In this document: one piece after another, positions 7,642-13,626 of the stretch
Layout: each line of letters opens with the position of its first letter
Numbering within the stretch: the stretch's first letter is position 1
DNA from: Candidatus Jordarchaeia archaeon
GTDB lineage: Archaea; Asgardarchaeota; Jordiarchaeia; Jordiarchaeales; Jordiarchaeaceae
Assembly (NCBI GenBank): GCA_029856435.1
Contig: JAHQXB010000050.1
Coordinates: 1 to 14,291 of the forward strand
Length of the DNA stretch: 14,291 nt
Direction of reading: 5' to 3'
The notes under the pieces: generated by a model
Databases searched by the model: none
What the model saw: only the letters and a program-made list of their open reading frames with translations
Told to the model about the DNA's origin: nothing
Made by a program: the position numbers and the translations under genes

Positions 7642-8482
7642 AATCTTTAAAGAACTCTTTTATCGGCCTTCTGCAGCTCGGACACCTTTCATCCTTTCTT
7701 AAATGCTCCATTAGTTCTTCTCGGCAAGCGCTCTCGAAACAGTAGGGACACATAACTTGATCGTCATTCTCGGTCAGTATTTTTCCGCAGAGCATACACC
7801 TAGTGATTTCTTCCTCCATCTCCTCCTCATAGTTGAAATCTGCTTGTGTGCTTGGAAGATTAGGTGCTCCAATCTCGTAAACGCCCTGCTCAATTATCAT
7901 GTTCCTGATTTGGATTTGGACCTCCTTGGGCGTGTGGCTTGCAATGTCCAGAAGTTTGTCCGCTTCTTCTTTTAGAATTGCTGCGTTAGATTTGGAAGCT
8001 ACAATCCTCCAGACCTCCCTTAGGAGAGGAAGGTTTCCAAGCAAGGGACTATAGAGCATGTTGGCAGACTCGTATGTGCGACCATCTTCAAAGTACCTAT
8101 TTACAGCATCTTTGAACATGCCCATTCTTAGAAACTGTATTATGGGGTTACTATTTGGCCCCCCTTCCTTCTCATACTGTTCAATTATCTTGAACACTTG
8201 GCGGGTTCTAAAAATACTATATATCATACTACCCAGTATACAGAAGAGAAAAACGAAGTCAAAAAGGAGATAAGAATAACTTGGTGTGGGAGGAACAGTT
8301 GTATTGAAGTAAACGAAGTAAAACAGGGAAGTGAGGTAAAGCATAATTTGCTCCCATGTACCTGTGGTGAAGTACGAAGCTATCTGCCAAATAAAGTATG
8401 CGGATATTATGCAGGTGATTAGACAGATTATCAACAATCTTCTTTTTAGTTTGTACTTTATTACTTCAGCCAAGGAAGCCAC
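7640..8482 (-). CDS. Membrane-anchored protein with C-terminal RING-like zinc finger (putative E3 ligase), 280 aa
   Basis: Two to three N-terminal TM segments. C-terminal CMLC-x12-CPYC-x4-C-x2-E-x10-CPSCR (7670-7798). GTG start preceded by GAGTAG. Confidence 0.8.
   Translation of the reverse strand: MASLAEVIKYKLKRRLLIICLITCIISAYFIWQIASYFTTGTWEQIMLYLTSLFYFVYFNTTVPPTPSYSYLLFDFVFLFCILGSMIYSIFRTRQVFKIIEQYEKEGGPNSNPIIQFLRMGMFKDAVNRYFEDGRTYESANMLYSPLLGNLPLLREVWRIVASKSNAAILKEEADKLLDIASHTPKEVQIQIRNMIIEQGVYEIGAPNLPSTQADFNYEEEMEEEITRCMLCGKILTENDDQVMCPYCFESACREELMEHLRKDERCPSCRRPIKEFFKD
7642..7650. repeat. Right copy of 9-bp target-site duplication AATCTTTAA
   Basis: Identical to 7455-7463 and directly abuts the right TIR. 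Confidence 0.9.
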
Positions 8483-8945
8483 CTACTCACTTAAATGTAT
8501 TCCTTTACACCAATTTAAAGAGTTTCAATTTGACAATGGGTTTCTTTGTTTTATTTTTTACTCCAATTTGAACATGTAAATTGCTTAAAAACCTTAGCAT
8601 TAAGAATAATGAGGAATATGGATTTGTAGTTACCAAAACAGCCATAAGTGTAAAAGAAGGCCTGTAAAAGCTCCTTCAGCAGTTGAAAAGAAGAGGAAAA
8701 CTAAGTAGCCAGACGATTTATATTAGGAATATGGTATAATGTTTCATAAATACTTTTAAAGAGACGTTTTTAAATGTTAAAACTTTAATTTTGAAAACCT
8801 ACGTCGAATGGTTTTCCCCCAGAAAAAATTACTTGAACGCATAAATAATTTAGAAAAATATATATACTAGTAATTATACTTATGCATCTCATTCAGCAAC
8901 TAAAAAAAGGTACGTACTAAACAGGATATAGCTCAGTTCAAGGGG

Positions 8946-10454
8946 GTGAGCCCCATTACAAGCAACACTACCAAAACATATGAGGAGATAAACGAGAAAA
9001 TCAAGAAGGGAGACGCAGTAGTAGTAACAGCCGAAGAAATGGTAAAAATAGTAGAAGAACAGGGCGAAAAAAAAGCCGCAAAAGAAATCGACGTAGTAAC
9101 AACAGGAACATTTGGAGCCATGTGTTCAAGTGGGGCTTTTCTAAACTTTGGACACAGTGACCCTCCTATAAAAATGGAGCAGTTATGGCTGAATGATGTC
9201 GAAGCCTACCATGGAAACGCGGCGGTGGACTGTTACATTGGCGTCACAAAAATGAGTACTATTAAGCCTTTCAAGTATGGGGGCGGCCACGTAATAGAGG
9301 ATTTGGTTAGTGGAAAAGAGATAACGCTGAGAGCTAGAGCTTACGGAACGGATTGTTATCCTAGGACAAGCCTTGAAACCACCTTTAACATAGAGGATCT
9401 TAACCAGGCGATTCTCTGTAATCCCAGAAACGCTTATCAAAGGTATAACGCAGCTACTAATGGGCGTGACGAAACAATTTACACCTATATGGGTAAACTC
9501 TTGGCGAACTATGGTAATGTTACATATTCTGGTTCCGGCTGTTTAAGTCCCCTTTATAATGATCCAGATTACGAAACAATAGGTATTGGAACTAGAATAT
9601 TTCTGGGCGGAGGAGTGGGCTACGTGATTGGGGAAGGAACCCAACATAATCCCAGAAACCACTTTGGAACTATAATGGTTAAGGGAGACCTAAAGCAGAT
9701 GAGCCCTGAGTATCTAAAAGGGGCCACCTTCACCAAGTATGGTACTACTATGTATGTGGGGCTAGGGATTCCAATACCCATATTAAATGAAGGGCTAGCC
9801 AGAAAAACAGCCATAAGTGATGCTGACATAACTACGGAAGTGGTAGACTACGGAGTTCCCAGAAGGGATAGACCGTCCCTCAGAAAAGTCACATATCAAG
9901 AACTCAAATCGGGAAGAATTGAACTTAACGGAAAAACAGTTAAGGTCTCCTCGCTTTCCAGCCTAAAAATGGCGAGAAGAGTGGCTCAAAACTTGAAAAA
10001 GTGGATAGAAGAAGGAAGATTCTTTTTAAGTAAACCAGTTGAAACACTCCCAACAACAAGTGAATTTAAACCCATGAAAATTACGAAGGAAATTCAGTAT
10101 GTTAGAAGTATAATGATTCCTGCAGTGACAACAACCACGGAGGCCAGCATCCACGAAGTAGCCAAACTAATCGTGGAAAAGAACGTCAACCACATAGTCG
10201 TGGTGGACAACGAGAAAACCCTTAAAGGGATAGTTACTTCCTTCGACATCACCCGAGCCGTAGCAAATAATAAAGAAAAACTGGAGGAAATAGTAGTTAG
10301 GAGAGTCTACACAGCAAAGCCAGACGACCCCCTGGACGCAGTGGTAAAAGAGCTGGAAACCCATAAAATTTCCGCACTTCCCGTAATAGATGAGAAAAAG
10401 AAAGTTTTAGGAATAGTCACCAGCGAGGAAATATCCAAACTGGTGGCCAGGTAA
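8946..10454 (+). CDS. L-aspartate semialdehyde sulfurtransferase (homocysteine biosynthesis, DUF39 plus CBS pair; MJ0100/MA1821 family), 502 aa
   Basis: Family motifs EEINEKIKKG.AVVVTAEE, DVVTTGTFGAMCSSG, GGHVIEDL, NPRNAYQ, IYTYMG and GIGTRIFLGG, followed by tandem CBS domains (NHIVVVD..GIVT..DI; ISALPVID..GIVT..EI). Confidence 0.92.
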   Translation: MSPITSNTTKTYEEINEKIKKGDAVVVTAEEMVKIVEEQGEKKAAKEIDVVTTGTFGAMCSSGAFLNFGHSDPPIKMEQLWLNDVEAYHGNAAVDCYIGVTKMSTIKPFKYGGGHVIEDLVSGKEITLRARAYGTDCYPRTSLETTFNIEDLNQAILCNPRNAYQRYNAATNGRDETIYTYMGKLLANYGNVTYSGSGCLSPLYNDPDYETIGIGTRIFLGGGVGYVIGEGTQHNPRNHFGTIMVKGDLKQMSPEYLKGATFTKYGTTMYVGLGIPIPILNEGLARKTAISDADITTEVVDYGVPRRDRPSLRKVTYQELKSGRIELNGKTVKVSSLSSLKMARRVAQNLKKWIEEGRFFLSKPVETLPTTSEFKPMKITKEIQYVRSIMIPAVTTTTEASIHEVAKLIVEKNVNHIVVVDNEKTLKGIVTSFDITRAVANNKEKLEEIVVRRVYTAKPDDPLDAVVKELETHKISALPVIDEKKKVLGIVTSEEISKLVAR

Positions 10455-10463
10455 GGTGAAAAA

Positions 10464-10847
10464 ATGAAGATAATGATAATATTCGGTTCCAATAGAGTAG
10501 GTGAACCTATCACCGCAAATGTAATATTAGAAAAAAAGGTGCCCTTCAATATTCTAACCGCCAAAATCGATAAAAAAGGCGGCGAAATGCTCATAGAGGC
10601 ACCAGACGATAAAGCAGAGGAATTAATACAAGCATTTAAAAGTAGAGGAATAAGGGTTGAAACCCGAAAATTTGTAGAGATACTGTCCCACAAGTGTACA
10701 CACTGCGGGCAGTGTTACTCAATCTGCCCTGTAGATGCAATAGTATACGAGGAGGACAAATCCATAACCCTAAAACAAGAGGCTTGCGTGGGCTGTCTTC
10801 AATGTATTGATAGTTGCCCCTTCGAAGCTATAGTTAAAATAAGCTGA
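10464..10847 (+). CDS. NIL-domain 2x[4Fe-4S] ferredoxin, iron-sulfur partner of the sulfurtransferase (MJ0099/MA1822 family), 127 aa
   Basis: NIL-type N-terminus (EPITA....VPFNILTA.I...GGEMLIE) and the motifs CTHCGQCYSICP and CVGCLQCIDSCP. SD GGTGA lies directly after the upstream stop, 9 bp intergenic. Confidence 0.9.
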   Translation: MKIMIIFGSNRVGEPITANVILEKKVPFNILTAKIDKKGGEMLIEAPDDKAEELIQAFKSRGIRVETRKFVEILSHKCTHCGQCYSICPVDAIVYEEDKSITLKQEACVGCLQCIDSCPFEAIVKIS

Positions 10848-10916
10848 AAAGCGCCCACCAAACGCTCCCAATTTTTCCGAAATTCTTTTTTCGGGGTAAA
10901 GGTCTAAATATATCCT

Positions 10917-11100
10917 TCGCTCTTAAATAAGATTTTTGTGGCTGACTTTCGGCGATGTGGATTTATTCGATTTTCCCCTTAATCACGAGTTCCAACCTGA
11001 AAGAGGAGGCCCCCATGAAAACACCCTCCCCAATAAGGTTGAACAAATCTCAAGTCTGCCTACAAAATGGGACAGCCACAAAATTCTTAGTTATGGGCGA
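10917..11100. other. 184-bp element bounded by 28-bp imperfect inverted repeats with nested internal stems (candidate ncRNA or MITE)
   Basis: 10917-10944 versus the reverse complement of 11073-11100 match at 24/28 positions. Internal stems: 10960-10967/11042-11049, 10993-10998/11036-11041 and 11003-11009/11025-11031. The repeat itself is certain, its nature is not. Confidence 0.6.
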
Positions 11101-11149
11101 TACTCTTTTTAGTATATATTGTTAAAAAACAAATTTTTGGGGATAAGAT

Positions 11150-11770
11150 ATGGTTTTTGAAGGGGAAGAAGTTTTAAAATCTGCGATGGAAGCCACAAAA
11201 CTGGTGGATAAGGACCTTAATGAGTTAAAGGTGATAATTCAAAACCTCACCGGCAAACTGAGTGAGAAAGATCAAGAAATAAAGGTTAGGGAGGCAAAAA
11301 TCCAAGAATTAGAAAGCGCTAAGAGAGAAAAAGAGGAGCAAATAGAAAAACTTGTTAGGGAACTGGAAATTTACAAGGAAAAAGTCTCCAAGAGCGAAGA
11401 TGAAGTTAGAAGATTGGAAGAGAGCAATACGAAAATGAAACAGGAGCTGCAGGGAATCCAAGAACAATTCTCAAAAATAAGTGAAATGTATCGCGAATTG
11501 TCCAAAAAGAAAGATGAAGCCATAGGTGTGAGAGAACTGCTAACAATATATGTTACTCTTCTGGAACAGGTTTTCGCGGGGATGCCACACGCCAAGATAC
11601 TCTGGCTGCTTCACGGTGCAAAACGTACACTAAAGCGGGAGGAACTGGTAAAAACCTCGGGAGTCCAAGCTGCAGTCATCCTAAAAAGCATATACGACCT
11701 GCAAAATGCAAACCTAGTCACATACGACATAAACTCCCAAGTCGTAACACTAATCAAAAAATTGTACTAG
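11150..11770 (+). CDS. Coiled-coil protein with C-terminal winged helix, 206 aa
   Basis: Roughly aa 20-125 are E/K/Q-rich heptads without Pro. The C-terminus PHAKILWLLH..LKREELVKTSG..AAVILKSIYDLQNANLVTYD..QVVTL has helix-helix-helix-hairpin wH spacing. Confidence 0.85.
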   Translation: MVFEGEEVLKSAMEATKLVDKDLNELKVIIQNLTGKLSEKDQEIKVREAKIQELESAKREKEEQIEKLVRELEIYKEKVSKSEDEVRRLEESNTKMKQELQGIQEQFSKISEMYRELSKKKDEAIGVRELLTIYVTLLEQVFAGMPHAKILWLLHGAKRTLKREELVKTSGVQAAVILKSIYDLQNANLVTYDINSQVVTLIKKLY

Positions 11771-11842
11771 ACCTAAAAGCGGAAAATCGCGGAAACAGTG
11801 AATTATAGGAAAGCCTCCAAACTACTTACTAATAATCACAAC

Positions 11843-11873
11843 AAGGGTAGCGTTAACCTGTTACTACCTTTTT
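11843..11873 (+). terminator. Stem-loop plus T-tract downstream of the coiled-coil gene
   Basis: AAGGGTAG (11843-11850) pairs with CTACCTTT (11864-11871), running into a T5 tract. Confidence 0.35.
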
Positions 11874-12054
11874 CCACAAATTTTTGTCCTTAGTTTAAGG
11901 ACTTATTTAATATTCATGCAGTTATAGAACCCTTTCAAGCTAGTTGAAGCCACCCCTTTTAAAAGTTGTAATTATTTTAAGTTTTAAGAGGATGAAGAGA
12001 ATTGTGGGAGGTTCTAATCTTTCCGTTTAGTTTAAATTTGGGAGCCAAATACGG

Positions 12055-12070
12055 TAACCAATAATGGTTA
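12055..12070. promoter_or_regulatory. Candidate operator palindrome at the predicted transcription start of the ACAD gene
   Basis: TAACCA-ATAA-TGGTTA, a perfect 6-4-6 inverted repeat about 18 bp downstream of a TTTAAAT box (12031-12037). Confidence 0.35.
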
Positions 12071-12094
12071 AAACTTTTTGGTGAGGTGCAAAAT

Positions 12095-13624
12095 ATGGAA
12101 CCGTTTCCTTGGTGGACAGAACAGCAAAAAAAGTTCGCAGAAGAACTGTACAAATTCGTTAATGAACATATGCCAGCGGCAGAGAAGGCATTCTGGGCAA
12201 GAAAATTTCCCATGGACATAGTGCGAAAAGTCCAAGAGAAAGGATACTTTGGAGCAGGAATACCAAAAAGGTATGGCGGAATGGAGCTTGGTGCCACGGG
12301 ATGCTGTATAGCAGCTGAACAATTAGGCCGCCTCTACGCAGTAGGACATGTATTCGTTGTAAGTATGTTGGGAGGCTATCATCAGCTGCTGCACTTCGGC
12401 ACCGAGGAACAGAAGAAAAAGTGGCTTACCAAAATGGCCAAGGGCCAATTGGGAGCCGTCTGCATAACTGAACCCTTCGCAGGCAGCGATGCAGCCTCCG
12501 TTATGACTACTGCCAGAAAAGAGGGCGACGAATGGGTAATTATGGGCAGAAAAAGGTTCATAACAGGCGCGGGACCAGCAGATAGGTACTTTGTTTATGC
12601 TAAAACAAGTGATGACCCCGAAGTTATAAGGAGATACGGTCACCTTACAGCCTTCATAGTGGAGAAAGGAACACCGGGATTCTCACTGGAAAAAATTAAT
12701 GAACTTATAGGGTTCGAGAATGTTCCTAACGGTTATTTAAACTTTGATGATGTTCGAATTCCCGACGAAAACAGAGTTGGTGATGTGGGCGCCGGCTGGG
12801 CAGTAATGACAAGCGGACTAAACTTTGAGAGACTGGTGGGTTCCGCCGTGGTTGGCGGCGGCTTGGAGGATATCATTAAAATGGTGATTTACTACACTAA
12901 TAGGAGGGTGCAGTTTAAGCAGCAGACGAGTAGGTTCGTTAATAACCAGTTTAAGATTGCGGATATGATAACTTGGAATAAGCTCGCTCGACTGATAACC
13001 TATTACACTGCAATGCTCCTTGACAGTGGGCAAAACGCGGCCGTGGAGGCGTCTATAGCCAAACTTTTGAACACGGACTACGCTATTCAAACAGGATTAG
13101 ATGCGGTACAGATTATGGCTGGCGATGGCTTAACAAAGTTTTATCCTGTGGAACGCTTAGTTAGGGAAGGCAAGATTGGACAGATTGTAGCTGGCACTAA
13201 TGAGATTCAGAAGTTGATTATTTATAGGATGGGTGTGCTTAGCTATCTGGATATGCCATTCAGACTACGTATCGATCCTGAATTGGAAATACCCATTTTG
13301 AGCTTAGACGATAGTCCCTGGAAGGGTAAAGAAATCACCGAGGAGGTTATGCTTAAGATTCTTGCAGAAGATTACAGAGCTAATCCGGGGCTATATATGA
13401 CAATTGAGGATTTACAAAAAGAAACTGGTTTGGGAAAGGAAAAGGTGCTTGAGCTGGTTTCTGCACTTGAACAGAAGAAGCTGGTAGTCAATTTTAGGGA
13501 CAGCCGTGGAAACATAATAATGTCAAAGGCAAACTATGAAGGACTCAGACGAGCATACCCCCCTGAACACTACAGGTATTTCCCCAGCTGGTTTGACCCA
13601 GAGGAGCTTGGATTCTTCGGATAG
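12095..13624 (+). CDS. Acyl-CoA dehydrogenase (isovaleryl-CoA-DH-type catalytic arrangement) with 131-aa C-terminal winged-helix extension
   Basis: Motifs IPKRYGG, CITEPFAGSDA, I.GRKRFITG, LNFERL, SIAKL, A.QI.AGDG and AGTNEIQK. The GTG at 12086 is part of the SD GGTGAGGTG, so ATG 12095 is the likelier start. Confidence 0.93.
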   Translation: MEPFPWWTEQQKKFAEELYKFVNEHMPAAEKAFWARKFPMDIVRKVQEKGYFGAGIPKRYGGMELGATGCCIAAEQLGRLYAVGHVFVVSMLGGYHQLLHFGTEEQKKKWLTKMAKGQLGAVCITEPFAGSDAASVMTTARKEGDEWVIMGRKRFITGAGPADRYFVYAKTSDDPEVIRRYGHLTAFIVEKGTPGFSLEKINELIGFENVPNGYLNFDDVRIPDENRVGDVGAGWAVMTSGLNFERLVGSAVVGGGLEDIIKMVIYYTNRRVQFKQQTSRFVNNQFKIADMITWNKLARLITYYTAMLLDSGQNAAVEASIAKLLNTDYAIQTGLDAVQIMAGDGLTKFYPVERLVREGKIGQIVAGTNEIQKLIIYRMGVLSYLDMPFRLRIDPELEIPILSLDDSPWKGKEITEEVMLKILAEDYRANPGLYMTIEDLQKETGLGKEKVLELVSALEQKKLVVNFRDSRGNIIMSKANYEGLRRAYPPEHYRYFPSWFDPEELGFFG

Positions 13625-13626
13625 AG

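Noticed and set aside
7350-7650. ORFs 7350-7643 (-) and 7420-7650 (+)
   Set aside because: Both run through the MITE (each reads NLLKN from a TIR) and have no transposase motifs.
7757-8579. ORFs 7757-7975, 8058-8273, 8198-8422 and 8364-8579 (+)
   Set aside because: Antisense shadows of the RING gene.
8572-8739. Plus-frame fragment ...ISVKEGL*KLLQQLKRRGKL resembling a HAD-hydrolase helix, and a 10-bp direct repeat AGGAATATGG
   Set aside because: No start, no DxD motif, internal stop, too short to call a pseudogene. The repeat has no associated inverted ends.
8933-10693. Minus ORFs 8933-9121, 9183-9440, 9620-9829, 10167-10364 and 10307-10693
   Set aside because: Antisense shadows of the homocysteine operon.
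10845-10907. Selenocysteine read-through of the ferredoxin TGA using the downstream structure as a SECIS
   Set aside because: The ferredoxin is complete at the TGA, the extension is short and unprotein-like, and the structure lacks a clear SECIS core.
10938-11080. tRNA reading (GTGGCTG/CAGCCAC 7-bp stem), SAM-I riboswitch reading (GAGGAGGCCCCCATGAA) and ORB reading (GTTCCAACCTGAAAG) of the 184-bp element
   Set aside because: No TTCRA T-loop or D-arm. The SAM-I GCAACC core and P1 are missing and the position is downstream of the operon. ORB spacing is wrong (four bases between TTCCA and GAAA), there is one copy only, and no cdc6/orc1 nearby.
11371-13090. Minus ORFs 11371-11595, 11977-12297, 12068-12322, 12323-12643 and 12818-13090
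   Set aside because: Antisense shadows of the coiled-coil and ACAD genes.
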